DNA of 64,000 nucleotides from the NCBI GenBank assembly GCA_977018835.1, contig OZ361258.1, positions 4,216,001 to 4,280,000 of the forward strand, read 5' to 3'. A program made the translations under genes and the position numbers. Shown in pieces: positions 22,104-34,194 of the stretch. Source of the DNA: Minutocellus sp. GHC0000111. Taxonomy: Eukaryota. Numbering within the stretch: the stretch's first letter is position 1; the number at the start of each line of letters is the position of its first letter. Below the pieces are notes generated by a model that made no database searches, had not been told where the DNA came from, and saw nothing but the letters and a program-made list of their open reading frames with translations.

Positions 22104-24326
22104 ATGGAAACATCACGTGCTAACGCCAAGGAGGCAATCCTCTCACTCTTGCTCTCATTCCCAGACGACGTCAGATGTGCTTGCTACACCATTGATGAGC
22201 TTGTCCGTGTCTTGATGCGCGGTGGCGTGTCGCCGAGCTTAGAGATCTCTCTTGTTCGATCATCTCTTCAACGCGTCCCAACACGACACGAGGTCAACAT
22301 CCAACGACGACGTCCAGAGAAAATGTCAGGCCTTGACGTTGCAAAGCCCTTCTACCGCTTCTCCAGAATGGCCGATGACGCCAGCCCACGCTCTCAACGC
22401 AATGGCAAGCGATCACTGCCGACCACACCTGAAAATTGCTTCCAGGACGATGAAAAGCATGGGCCCCATCTCAACGCGATGCTGAAACATTGTTCCGACA
22501 AGAGCTCTTCGGGCGGTCGGTCATCTACTCCCACCGCCAACGCTGCCGATCGTCCCAACATCACCGGCGTGCAGCTCAACGGCAAAAGAGTTGTGGTTGA
22601 GATGAAGCAGCTGTGTGATTTCGTGCAGAATCTCCACCGATCGTGCGGCAATCTGTGTCTCTCGGCTGAGCCAGTTCGGCGTGGATTCGGCGTTGCATTT
22701 GAATGGCGATGCGATAGATGCAACCAACCTTTTTCTTTTTGCACTTGGATCGGCCAGAGGTCAGAAGTTGTGTGCCCCGGCAGAAAGCACTCTAGAAGTC
22801 AGGCTGGAATGAACTTGGAGCTGATGGAGGCAGCGGAAGATGAGGCCATGCACGCAAGTCGCTTCATGAATTTCTGCACGAAGGCCGACATCGTCCATCC
22901 GACCGAAAAGAATGCCCGACAGGTGGAAAAGAAATGCAGAGCAGCGGCTGTTGAAGCAGCTGATGAAATCATTGACGAGAGTGGGGCAAAAGCACATGCC
23001 GCTAGCAGCAAGACTGTTGAGTTTGAACAAGGCGGCGAGATGCACACGGCGGCGGTGGTCACGGTGGCCCAAGACGGCAGCGCCCTCAAACGCGACTACG
23101 GCCATTGCTACACTGGCTCTGCTGCAGCGGTGTTTGCCGTAGACAAGGAAACTGGCCTTGTTGTTGACAAGGGAATCTCTCAGGCAAGCTGCCACCATTG
23201 CGTGAGAGCCTGCAATGCAAGATTGAGGGAGAGGCGGGAAGCCGGCAATCCAATGACGCCGAGTGAGCTCAAAAACATGAGCAAGGATGAGATGCTGGCC
23301 CTGTACGACCATGATGGCTTCTGCTATCGCAACTCTTCCTACTCCCCCGGTGTGGCAGAGGAGCATCTGGCCGAGAATGTTGGGAGTTGAAAATTTTAAT
23401 GCCATCCCCCGACCACGCATCAATCGGATGAAACAGGACATTTCGAAGATTACTGATCGGCACAAGCACAGCGTTCTCGATCAGCCCGATGGTGCTGTGT
23501 CCGAGGAGGAAAAACAAAGTCATCTGGCCCTCCTTCAGAAAGAACTCCAGTCCGTCGTTCGTCACCAATGTGGCATTCACACTTTTTGCACCACCAACAC
23601 GTGTGATTGGATATTCGCCTCAGCATTGCTCATCCTGATTGGAGTGATGGCAAGCTCGATGAGGAATGGAGCTCGGGGAATCAATTCGATGGCGACATAT
23701 TGGAGATTAGTGACGACACGATTCGCAAGATGACGCTTGAAATAACCAAGAGAATCAACAAGAATACTGCCGACTCCAACTGCAAGAAGGAATCTACCAC
23801 CGGCGTCGAACAGCTCAACGGGATGGTGACGAAGTTCACGATGGGGAAAAGGCCGAATTTGACTGCTTCAGACGCCTACCCAAATGCAACAAGTAGAGCC
23901 GCTGGCCACAAGTCACTGGGTACGGAATTCAATGAGCGAGTTCTTGGAAAGTTGGGATCGAGGGATTCTCCTACCCGAAAAGATGGATTCGATGCAATTG
24001 ACCGGAAGCTCGAGGGCGACCTTGCGCGTAAGCGCACCGATGAGTACAAAAAGAGCAAGAGCGACAGCAAGCGCCTTCGAGCAGCCTTGCGAAGCAGAAG
24101 CGAGAAAGACGACAAGGACTATGTGTACAAGAAGAACAGGGCCCTAGCTGCTGGTAAGGCGAAACCAGCAAAGCCTGGCCGCAAGAAGAAGATTGACCAG
24201 CAGTGTCAGAAATGCAAGCAGCTTGGCCACACTCGGGCTGAATGTCAATGCGACGATGCTGACGACGTTGTCGTTTACGCCGAAAAGAAGCGCAGAAGCC
24301 CAGGCAGCAACAAGAAATCTGCATGA
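22104..24326 (+). pseudogene. Kolobok/Mutator-like DDE transposase, internally deleted and frameshifted
   Basis: VTVAQDGSALKRDYGHCY (first D), ETGLVVD..SCHHC and HDGFCYRNS..GVAEE motifs. Break at ~23390 where the second-D region is not seen. HQCGIHTFC zinc motif, TTGVEQLNG (putative E) and C-terminal knuckle CQKCKQLGHTRAEC. Confidence 0.8.
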
Positions 24327-24523
24327 AATAATAAGAAAGCTAAGACAAACTTCGGTGTATCGGCAAATGATGTTAGCTCTTGGATGCCGGCGATACTGAG
24401 AGAAAATGGCAGCTTGTAAACACGTGTAAAATATTTTATCACTGTAAATAAAAATGGATTTATTGTGTGCTGTTACTCACGTGCTACGCACATTCTTGTT
24501 ATCTACATGTGTTGAGGTAATGA

Positions 24524-25753
24524 TTATGCATTTTCCTCTTCTTCTTCCTCTTCATCTTGATGACCAGGGATGAATCCAACATATCGTTCACCTTTATCAT
24601 TTGGATAAATGAACCTAATGCAAAAGACTAGACAGGTTGGCAAGGGCTTCCGATCAAGCCAACCTCTCACATGATACACCTCAGTTGCATAGTACCAATA
24701 CAGCATGTTCCTCTTCAAATTATTTGCCATGGCTTCGACTGGCATGGTGGTTGCGTAGTATTTGTCAGCGATATCCTCCAGGTCCTCCTCCGTCGGCACC
24801 AGCATTTCTTCGCAGACGCATTTCTGAAAGAAGAGTGTGCCGTACATTGAGCAGCTTCGGTTGGCGGCAGTGCAGCAAGCAGGGGGTATTGGCGGCCTCT
24901 CTCTGGTCTCGTCCCAATTACCGAATGTGTCTGCCTCCGGCGCTGCCGTCGGATCATCGTCGGCTTCCTCACAAACGGCCGCAACAAGAGCATCCGTGTC
25001 CGATCTGATCGCTGCTGATGGCCCACCATCTACCTGCAGAAGTTGGCCCATTCCAACAATATCAAAATCAACTAGTCCAATCCCAGCAGTAGAGTGTATG
25101 TCATCATATGGAGCCACATGCCATCGGTGGAACTTTGTCAATTTGATCACATGGCCCTGTTGTAGACTTCGGGCCTTTTCGGTAATTGTCAGGGCAACAC
25201 GAGCGACGATAAGCTTTCCGCTTCCATCAAGCAAAGTAAGCGATGTGGTGTTGAAAGGTCGGCCGTGCGCAGCAAGAGCCGATCCAATATCGATCCGTTT
25301 CCCATGAAGTTGAAATATAGGGAAGAATTCAGGTCCGGCGTCAAACATGGGATCTTGCAATTGATCGACGATGCCGACCGTCAGCCTCAACTTCACATCA
25401 GCCACGGACAGGTTGGTAACTACGAGGCCGGGCCGCTCAGCAGCGACATCAATATCATCCCGAACATGATACTTATCAGCGCGAGCCTCGACTGCTTTGA
25501 CAAGATGTTGAAGTGCATGGCCGACGCCGGGATTGTTCCATAATTCTCGTCCTTGTCCGTTCGGGTCGTTCTCCAACGTGACGGCGAGGCCCTCCAGTAT
25601 CTCGGTAACGGCGTCTTTCGCTTTGTCCTCCGCCTTCTCTTTCTTCTTGTCAACAGGCAAAATCGGGCGACCGGAGTTATCTGTCTTGAGTTTCCGCAAC
25701 CGCGTATCTGCGTTGTGGGCCGGGCCGGCACTATTATCAGCGCTGCGCTTCAT
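24524..25753 (-). CDS. KolX-like accessory protein (C-terminal P2X7-ballast/nanor-like motif; central OB-fold-like segment)
   Basis: C-terminal NNLKRNMLYWYY..RKPLPTCLVFCIRFIYP..YVGF follows a Cys cluster. Convergent to the transposase and inside the TIRs. Confidence 0.72.
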   Translation of the reverse strand: MKRSADNSAGPAHNADTRLRKLKTDNSGRPILPVDKKKEKAEDKAKDAVTEILEGLAVTLENDPNGQGRELWNNPGVGHALQHLVKAVEARADKYHVRDDIDVAAERPGLVVTNLSVADVKLRLTVGIVDQLQDPMFDAGPEFFPIFQLHGKRIDIGSALAAHGRPFNTTSLTLLDGSGKLIVARVALTITEKARSLQQGHVIKLTKFHRWHVAPYDDIHSTAGIGLVDFDIVGMGQLLQVDGGPSAAIRSDTDALVAAVCEEADDDPTAAPEADTFGNWDETRERPPIPPACCTAANRSCSMYGTLFFQKCVCEEMLVPTEEDLEDIADKYYATTMPVEAMANNLKRNMLYWYYATEVYHVRGWLDRKPLPTCLVFCIRFIYPNDKGERYVGFIPGHQDEEEEEEENA

Positions 25754-25916
25754 CGTAATGAAGAGGGGGCAGAGCGGCGATTCTCATGGTGGGGTCGAGT
25801 TTTTGTCATGCTTCGCTCGTCATAAGAAATAAGAATAAGGGGGATTAAAAACGGGGAAAATTATGGACAGCGCCCTCTTAATAATCGGCGGATTCTATCT
25901 TGCAAGGGCAAGCAAG

Positions 25917-28900
25917 ATGGCGACCGCCAAGCCTCCGTCGGCGGCGGCCGAGCACCCCCACCCCCTCCCCCACGTCCATGCCGCTCCCACCACTGCCGCG
26001 GCCGATCCCACCTCCTCCCTCCATCCCTCCGCCCAGGATGCTCACTACGGCACCCTGACCGATCGGCTGTACAACGCCGAATTGGTCCGAAGGTCGGTGG
26101 CCCGTGCGGCGTTGCATCTGGGCATCGATCGCATCGAGGGCCAGGCGTTGGATTGTTTGGGCGATGCCTTGTTGGAATATCTGGATCGGGTGAGTTGGAG
26201 TTGCTTTCGTCGTTGCTTTGGGTTTGATATTGGATTGGCCAGTTGTTTGGCAAGAGGGCAAAAAGTTATGTGGCACGATTAGTTTGTGCTGATGCTGCCC
26301 TGATGTGTTATGTCAATGTATGTGTTATTCCACGTATCAGATTTAACTCAATGTCATGATCACATTAAACGAAATGGATACTCAATACATTGCGATATTT
26401 GGGATTCGATGGTGATATCATTGTGATGAAATTTTGCTTGCTCCAGTTCGGAGCCTCGCTGGCCAGTCTGGTGGAATCGTCGAACCGGACGTCGGCCCAT
26501 TGCAACGTCCTCGACGCCCTCCACGCGGCCGAGCGGACCACGGCACGATGCGCCCTGGTGGACTCTTCATCGGGGAATGCGAATGGTGGGAGTGGAGAGA
26601 ATGTGACTACTACCGCTGCTAGTGCGTCCGGTGCCGAAGCAAATGGTGGTGCAGCTGCGGCAGCGGCCGCATCGACCGGAGGAGGACTGCCGGCCCGATC
26701 GTCGGCCTCGACTCCCGTAGCGTCCAACACCACCTCCACCTCCAGTTCCAGCGCATCTTCCAGAGCCCCCACAGCAGCGTCAGTCACCGCCCCGGCCGTA
26801 CGGCAGCAGCCCGATCCACGACCGTGGGAATCGTTGGCGGAATTTCTATTCGGGCCCGACTGGCTGTCCATCCAGCTCCCCGGCGACGAGCTCGAGCCCA
26901 AGCTGGTAAAGGAATACGAGGAACAGCTCAAGGCCGAGGGCAAGTACGTGCCTCCCCAGCGATCGTCGTCGATTACGACAGCGGGTGGGACTTCGGGTGC
27001 AGCAGCATCGGCGGCAACTGGCAAGTCGACCACGGGGTCGACCGACACGGTAAAATCCATCCTGGCCGAGGCGGCGCAGCTCGCGGCCAAGAGCGCCAGC
27101 CGATCGACCACGCCGACGCCCACGGCATCAGCAGCAGGCGCGGCACCGGGACCCGACGCACCGGGAGGCAATGCCAGCGGCAAGTCCGGAGATGCAGCTG
27201 CTGCAGAAGGTGCCAAAGCGGGGGACAATACTAAGACAGCAACAGCAGCGCAGACGGTGGCACCGCCCCTACGCAAGGGCAAGCAGCTCCCGGCCACGGC
27301 CCTCATGCCGGCCAACGCGCCCGCGACGCCGGGTGGGACTGCCAACGCGGTCAACGTCAACACTCCGGGATCGATCGGCAAGACGGCGGGGCCGGGTGGC
27401 AAGGCTTTGACTCCCTCGGGCGGCGGCGGCGGTGCTGGTGCTGCAGCTGCTACTGGAACGGCAGCTGCTTCAGGAGACAAGGCCGGCGATGGCACTCCAA
27501 GCAAAAAGGACGGGGAGACCCCGTCCGGCACCGTCGCGACGAGCCAGGGAGTAAACACATCTGCCGGATTGGGAGGTAAGGCCGTGCCTCAAGACGACAA
27601 GGGTTCTGCCGCCGCAAGAGGCTCTGATGGACAGGAAGACGAAGACAAGGTCGTCCCCACGGCCAGCGTAGGTTGGGACGCGCCCTTCCCCGACGAGATA
27701 CCGCCGTATCCACTCCTTGCGTCACATTCGCACCGAGTCGACGGCAGAGATACCAGCAAGGGACCGGCCAACCCTCACAAATTGCCCTTCGGTGTTCCTC
27801 TTGGGTTGCATTTGGCGCATCTGGTCGGTGCCGAGGAGGCATGTCGCATTGACTACGGCCCCAACGGGCCTCGGAAGCACCTGCACAAGGTCGGAAAGAG
27901 CATGGCAACCCTCAAGGCCGAACGCGAGGAGGAGAGGAAGCGCCGCAAGGCCGAGAGGGCGGCAGGGAACAGCCCCGCCGACAAGCACACGGCGGAATTG
28001 CTCGATGCAGCTCACAAACTCGCCCAAGAGCATGCCGCCGCCAGAGCCAAGGCCAAGGCGGAAGATCAGCTCAAGGAAGTTCCCGAGGCCTACTTCTCAG
28101 CGGCAACTCTAGGCTCATCTTACTGGGGCTCCGTCTCGGCAGCATCGGCTTCTGCTGCTACCTTGACCGTCGGGGATGCCGGCAAAACGTCCACTGACGA
28201 CAAAATGGATATTGATGCAGCAGATACCAAGGCGGCAGCTGCTGCAGCTGAGGGCGCTGACAAAGAAGCTACCGCTGGTAGGAAACGCGCTCGCTTCGAA
28301 GACGAAGGCGAAGGAAGCTCGGCCGCCATGCGAGCCAGGACCGAGTCTGGTGCCGTGCCAGCTACCCCACAGACCACTGCAACTGCCAACGCTGCTGGTC
28401 AGGGCTCCAAGTCGCCAACGTCTGCCGCCGCTGCGACCGCTGCATCGCAACGCCGCAGGCCTGGATACGTCCCACAGTTCCTCCCACCATTCCCACCAGC
28501 TCGGACCTACCTGGGAGGGGCCGATGGGTCTGGAAACGCCGAGCAAGCCGTGGCCGAGCTCCTCCGCAGCGGTGGTACTGCAGGAGGATCGGGTCCAGGT
28601 TCCACGACAGGAGCTGCTGCGGCCGCGTCCGCCGCACGACGAGGAGGAGCAGCCCTCACCCTGGACTCCGACGAGGTCGGCCGATCGCAGGGAGTTCGCA
28701 AGTCGCTCGTCGGCCTTGGCAGCACCCGATCGGCCGTGTCCAGTGCACCCTGGGGTGCCCCCGTCACCACTGCCGGTGGTAGCGTCACCGCCCCAGCCGT
28801 CCTGGACCATGTATCGGTACCTGCCGGACGTCGTCCCGGTCCTCTGGGCTCTGGCCCTTCTGCCGGCGGCAGCAGCAGCGGCAAGAAGAGTCCCACCGCG

Positions 28901-28990
28901 GCTGGTACCGCGGCCGGAATCCAGCCCCTCAGCCGCGCCTCCAACGCCAGAGTTAGCAAGGTTTTGGAGGGCAGCCTGGATGCCAATTAA
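25917..28990 (+). CDS. TAF8-like TFIID subunit (bromodomain-associated histone fold plus TAF8 C motif), 2 exons (25917-26189, 26447-28990)
   Basis: RRSVARAALHLGIDRIEGQALDCLGDALLEYLDR/FG..NRT..NVLDAL histone fold spans the GT-AG intron. PGYVPQFLPPFPPARTY motif. Long Ala/Gly/Ser linkers. Confidence 0.75.
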
Positions 28991-29187
28991 GAGCGTAAGC
29001 GTATAAATAGCTGGCTCTAGTTGAATGCCCTTATGCATGATATATACAACATCATACAATTCTTTGTGACAAGATGTTGTTTCCCTAGTTTATTGTCTAT
29101 TTGCTCGCATGGCATCCGCCGTCGGACGAATCGATTCGTCCTCATGGCAGCACTCTCTACTACATGTAGCTACGTAGCTAGCCTATC

Positions 29188-30114
29188 TCAATCGAGCGAG
29201 ATCCCCGCCGCCTTGAGGGCTATGGCCGCCTCTTTGTCGAGCTTCTTGCAGTTGAGCTTGCGGGTCCACTTCTCCATCTTGTCCAACTCCTTTTCGGTAT
29301 CGGTGCCGGGACCCTCGACCTCGATGAGCTTGGCCTTCTGCTTGGCCAACGCCTTGAGGAGCAGACCCTGCAACTCCTCGCTGGACTTGCGCGCGTAGTT
29401 GGCAAAGGACGGGGCGGTGGACTTATCGCGCTTGTCGACGATCTTGCCGATGGACGCACCCTTGGTGCAGATGTAGACGCCGGGGAATCCGTTGAGGGCA
29501 TCGTAGCCCGCCGGTGGAGAGGCGGGCAGGGTGGACGGATCGGGCCATTCGACGGCATACCACCACCGGCACAGGAAGCGCTGGATGAGCAGACCCTTGT
29601 CGAGCTCGTTGTCGTTCAGGGCGAAGGAGGGGAGGTTGGGACGGTTTGCGCTGGACGAGGACTTGCCGGAGGGTACCGGCGACTTCTTGCCGGATGATTT
29701 CTTCGCGGCGGTCTTCTTCTTCTTGGCCTTGGTATCCGTCTTGGTTTTGGCCTTGGTGGTCTTTTTGGCCGGTGCCTTCTTGGCCGATGAAGCTGCCTTC
29801 TTCTTGGCCGGAGACTTGGCGACTGCCTTCTTCTTCTTGGGACTCTTGAGCTTGGAAAGCGGCACGTCTTCGCTGGAATCCGACGAGTACTACTTGACAT
29901 CAATTTCCTCCTCTTCCTCCTCCTCGTCATCGCCGCCGTCCTCCTCAAAGTCATCGTCATCATCGTCATCTCCGTCGTCAAACTCCTCCTCCTCCGAGGA
30001 CTCGTCCTCCTCCGGGTCGTCGGCCGGCGGAGCAGCGGCGGCGGCGGCGGCTGCCTTCTTCTTCTTCTTGGCGGCCAGCAGGGCCAGCGGCACGTCGGAA
30101 TCGGAATCGGACAT
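29188..30114 (-). CDS. Acidic/Lys-rich putative nuclear protein with a conserved-looking LCRWWY domain; in-frame TAG at 29892-29890
   Basis: MSDSDSDVPL..EEEIDVK*YSSDSSEDVPLSKLK reads through in one frame. C-terminal domain LLIQRFLCRWWYAVEWP..GFPGVYICTKG. Confidence 0.7.
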
Positions 30115-30503
30115 GCTTTTAATGATGTGGGATAGAGGGCGGGGCGATGGCTCTGATGGCTGCCTACTTCTAGTTAGTACGAGAAGCGCGGCGAGCGATA
30201 CGGCCGGTAATGTTTGTGGTCGGCCGTTTTGTGCTGAAATGGGCGAGCGAGAGAAGAGGGGGAAAGGGATCCCCGATCCGCTAAAACTGACAATTGCACG
30301 GAAAAAGCGCGGCTCCAGCTGAACCGTCCTCGACCTGTCCACCTCCAGATGGAGCGATGCCAGCCAGAGCAAGCTTCCCACGCCGTCGCCAGTTGAAGTT
30401 CACCACAAAATCTCGAGCGGATACTACATTTCTCTGCGTCGCAATCAGAATCTCCTCACGCAAGCCAAGAGTCACTTTGGCAAGATCATCCCATGCCTGT
30501 GCA

Positions 30504-32105
30504 ATGACTCATCCCACAATCCACCGTCATCATTGTTGCTGGAAATGGACAGGCATACTCATCCTCCTAGCCCTCCTCCTCTCTACATTCACATCGGCCA
30601 CAGCACAGATTGGTCCTGCCGATGAATCTACCGTGACGCACGACATGCCCCGACCTTCCGGCGACGAAGCGCTGGTAATGGACATGACTGCGACGGTGCT
30701 GTCATCCCGCGAGAAGCATCGGCTGGCAGAAAAGATCCAGCGCTTCGAGGCCAGCATCGACCTGCAGCTGCTCATCGCTCCGAGCGTAGAAGAGGGCAAC
30801 ACGAGGGGCTACACGCCCAAGGAAATTGCCACGCCACTGCTCAACAGGTGGAATATGGGATCTCAACCTCGCAATCCCTCCTTGGCGAGGAACCCAATGG
30901 GTGGTATGTTGGTCGTCCTCGTCATGGATCAGAATCGAATTGAGATTGTATTCAGCGACAGTCTGGGTCATCTCTTCGATGAAGATTGGGTCCACGATTT
31001 GTTGTACACATTATTAATTCCCTACTTCCGAAATGATCGATACGGGGATGGGTTGGCAAGAATTGTTGATGCGACACAGCATCGCTTGGATCAGTTTCAC
31101 GAAGCCATGCGGCAAGGAAAAAGCGTTGAGCCAGCCGGCCTATCGACGGAGCTACATCGCCAACACGGATGGACTTGGGACGCACTCTCTACCGTCCTTG
31201 GTCTTGGTGGCGGTTGGGTACTACACGATATCTTTAAAGGAAACGATCACAATCATCACGGAGGTGACGAGACACCTTTACTTCCTCCATCAGCTCCACC
31301 ACCTTCGCCTGCTCTCCCCAAATTTCAACGAAGCACAGGTGGGCGATATATCTCACCCCGCCCTGCTCCCGCAGTGGTAGATTCTGCTCACCCAGGCAAC
31401 TCGTATTTTTGGAACGATTTAGTACATTTGCTCGGAAGGAACTCGGAATCGAGCCATAACGGACCACCAAAATCTGGCGGCAATAACGTTCACATTCATG
31501 TTGGGTCTAGTCCATCGACACCATACACCCGCATCGAGGAATCTTCATCGTCTGGGAAATTAGCATCGACCACGAAGGTCAATAGCGAGGCTATTCTCAA
31601 CAGTCAGAACTCCCCACAGCCTCCGCCTCCACCGCCTCCTACGATGCAAAAAGTAGATCAAAGGAAGGTCGAACCACAACTGAACACTGCTCCTTCTAAC
31701 CGTGAGATCACTACCGGCGACAAACCGAGTAGCATCCATCAGCCCACATTCTTGCGATCACATCAAAAGCAATCGTTTGGTGTTGTGCCGCCAAAGCACA
31801 CAGCACCACCAACGTCGTCGCAGATCCAAACGACCCAGAAAAAGACCAGCTCTGGCGGAGGAGCCAGTTGGTTTAGCTCATCTTCGAAAACAGGGCCATC
31901 AAAGAGTCAGAAAAGGACAAGCCTCCTTTCCCCTTCTTCTAGGTCATCATCCGGAACCTGTGGAGGAGCTAGTTGGTCCAGCAGTAGCCACAGATCTATT
32001 CCCCGGAGCACCCGTAGTAGCATATCGTCCGCGTCAAGCGCTCGTGGTTCTGGGAGCCGAAACCGCAAGTCGTCCTCATCGAATGGAGGTGGGGCAAGTT
32101 GGTGA
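30504..32105 (+). CDS. TPM-domain (TLP18.3/Psb32/MOLO-1) protein with a Ser-rich tail
   Basis: Signal-like segment, then DMTATVLS..IATPLLNRWNMG..GMLVVLVMDQNRIEI..LIPYFRNDRYGDGL. Three GG(G)ASW motifs in the tail. Confidence 0.78.
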   Translation: MTHPTIHRHHCCWKWTGILILLALLLSTFTSATAQIGPADESTVTHDMPRPSGDEALVMDMTATVLSSREKHRLAEKIQRFEASIDLQLLIAPSVEEGNTRGYTPKEIATPLLNRWNMGSQPRNPSLARNPMGGMLVVLVMDQNRIEIVFSDSLGHLFDEDWVHDLLYTLLIPYFRNDRYGDGLARIVDATQHRLDQFHEAMRQGKSVEPAGLSTELHRQHGWTWDALSTVLGLGGGWVLHDIFKGNDHNHHGGDETPLLPPSAPPPSPALPKFQRSTGGRYISPRPAPAVVDSAHPGNSYFWNDLVHLLGRNSESSHNGPPKSGGNNVHIHVGSSPSTPYTRIEESSSSGKLASTTKVNSEAILNSQNSPQPPPPPPPTMQKVDQRKVEPQLNTAPSNREITTGDKPSSIHQPTFLRSHQKQSFGVVPPKHTAPPTSSQIQTTQKKTSSGGGASWFSSSSKTGPSKSQKRTSLLSPSSRSSSGTCGGASWSSSSHRSIPRSTRSSISSASSARGSGSRNRKSSSSNGGGASW

Positions 32106-32872
32106 TTCTGGTTTTGTGTACCACCTACCAGCGTAGATCTAGCTAGTTAAAAGTAACAGGCAGCGATGCGACGGCCCAAGTCTACGAAGCATGTCAAATC
32201 ATTTTACGCTCGTTTCCGTGTAATGGAAGTTACTGCACACAGTACCGGTATATACAATTGGTATTCAAAATACAGGCCTATGCATGCATACACGCATGGG
32301 TACAGCTGTAGATCTAGACTAATCTAGCTAGATCTAAACAAAATGAATTCAACCTCGACCAGGACCGAGCCTCTTCAATTTAGAGTCAGTCATGCTAGAG
32401 GTACTTGTCCTACTTTCCTCGCCTCTCATCGCCTGATTACCGGTATGTCGATCCTATAAACGTCTATGTAGAAAGTTGTCATACATGTACTGTAGATCTA
32501 CAGTAGACTCTATGCCGAGAAGCAAGAGCAGGAGGAGATGCATGAAGCCGCGGGTTGAGGCAGGGGATTTTTGAAAAGGGGATGACCCCTGAATTCAAAC
32601 TTCCGCGAAGAACGAACAGCAGAACTGGAGGAAGAATATTGCGCCGATGCCGCACATATCTTCGAATCAAATTGAATCTACCGCGTTGTGCGATAGTTCC
32701 TCGGCAACCGAGCTCACTGTATCGTCGCCAAGTCTGGTGCATCACCTTCACGGCACATCTTATTTTGCACTTTTTGTCTGCAGCCATTCAGCGCCATCGT
32801 CTCCCTCATTATTCTCGCATCGAGCATAAGTAGGAATTCCGTTCATTTGGCATTTACAGTGCTAAGTGAAAC

Positions 32873-33700
32873 ATGAAGCTGGTCCACATCACTTTCGCGG
32901 CCGGAGCCATATCGAAATACGATGCGCTGGCATCCTCCCACCCGCACTTGGCGACATCCCTCGTCAGCCTATCGACTTACACCGCAGCGGAGCTTGTGCG
33001 ACAGAGTCTCATGAGCAAAAAATCAAGCCCAACACGATTTCTAAACAACAAGCGCCCTCTTCTGTCGACTCGATTTCCAGAGGCGGAGGTGGGTTGCACT
33101 TACGGCAGGGCCTCACGGGCGTCTTCCTGATGGGTTTGCTTGGCTTTGCCCTCCATGGGCCGTGGATATGCTTTTGGTTTCAATGCCTCGAGTCCATCTT
33201 CCCCCGTCGCAGTCCGAGTGATATTTGCCAAGATTGCCCTGGATCAGGCGGTTGGCTCTCCTATCTACTACGTTCTACTTGGGATGGCCACTGGTCTGGC
33301 AGAAGGACATGGCATTGTAGGAACTGCCCGCCGTGTCCGAAAGGACATGTGGAAGGCAGTCCGTCTAAGTTGGATGGCGTGGCCACTATTGCATGTAATC
33401 AACTTTGCCATTGTTCCATTGGCACGACGAAAGCTGCTCATTCAAGCCGGTGGGTTGGCATGGGCCATCTTCCTATGCAAACTCACGGCCAAGCAGGATG
33501 GAACAATAGTCGATCACATGGAGCTGCTGACCGAGGACTATGAACAGTTGCGAACGGAAACATGCAATCTGTCGCCGGATATACTAGCCCATCAAGATGC
33601 CGGAGGAGAAAATGCAATGGGGATGGATGAGGATGATGATCTAAGTGATGATCAAGGCCCTATGCAAATGAGACGAAGGATTCGGATCCCATCCTCTTGA
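32873..33700 (+). CDS. Mpv17/PMP22 family membrane protein; frameshifts near 33040 and 33205
   Basis: GFALHGPWICFWFQCLE, KIALDQAVGSPIY and WPLLHVINFAIVP..WAIFLC motifs are spread across three frames. Confidence 0.75.
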
Positions 33701-34194
33701 TGTAGCACTGCATATCTTTTGGCTAATTAAGTCGTTCACATTCGTATTCTTTGAGAATACGAAAATATGCAACGAAGCAAAATGTACAAACTATTACAGC
33801 TAGGGCCGATATGAACATAAACAAACTAATCAAACATGATAGTTCTTGAAGAAGATAGTAAACGACTCCTATGTACATAGTGCTTATGATGATAAAAGAG
33901 TTTGGTGACATGCGTATGCGCGCGATGAGTTTATCGCCATCGATATTATGCTTCCACCATAAGAGATTGGTGCCGCTTCCCCTGTTTCCCTTCTGAGGTT
34001 CCAAGGAAGATAAGACACCGCATCTTTTTCCCCAAATTACAGGGAGCTAATGGTTCGTGATAGTATAGTAGCTCCTGCACAGCGTGTGCTGTTTTGTTTT
34101 GTTTTGTTTTGTTCTTCTCGTAGGCAAGGCCTATGTCTTCCGTGCTAGCTAGTATCCATTGCTAGAAAACAGTGCAACAGTGCCAGTATTTTTT

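Larger units (their letters stand above)
21639..25877. mobile_element. Kolobok-like DNA transposon (TTAA TSD, 17-bp TIR GAGGGCGCTGTCCATAA)
   Basis: TTAA at 21635-21638 and 25878-25881. Perfect inverted termini at 21639-21655 and 25861-25877 starting with purines (GA). Two convergent internal genes. Confidence 0.85.

Noticed and set aside
21639..25877. piggyBac or canonical MULE assignment
   Set aside because: The termini are GA..TC rather than CC..GG, there is no 9-bp TSD, and the transposase motifs plus convergent KolX-like ORF fit Kolobok better.
26365..29059. Long antisense ORFs (26365..27558, 28115..29059; also 10106..11623 and 29531..30322)
   Set aside because: They are shadows of GC-rich sense genes with no recognisable motifs.
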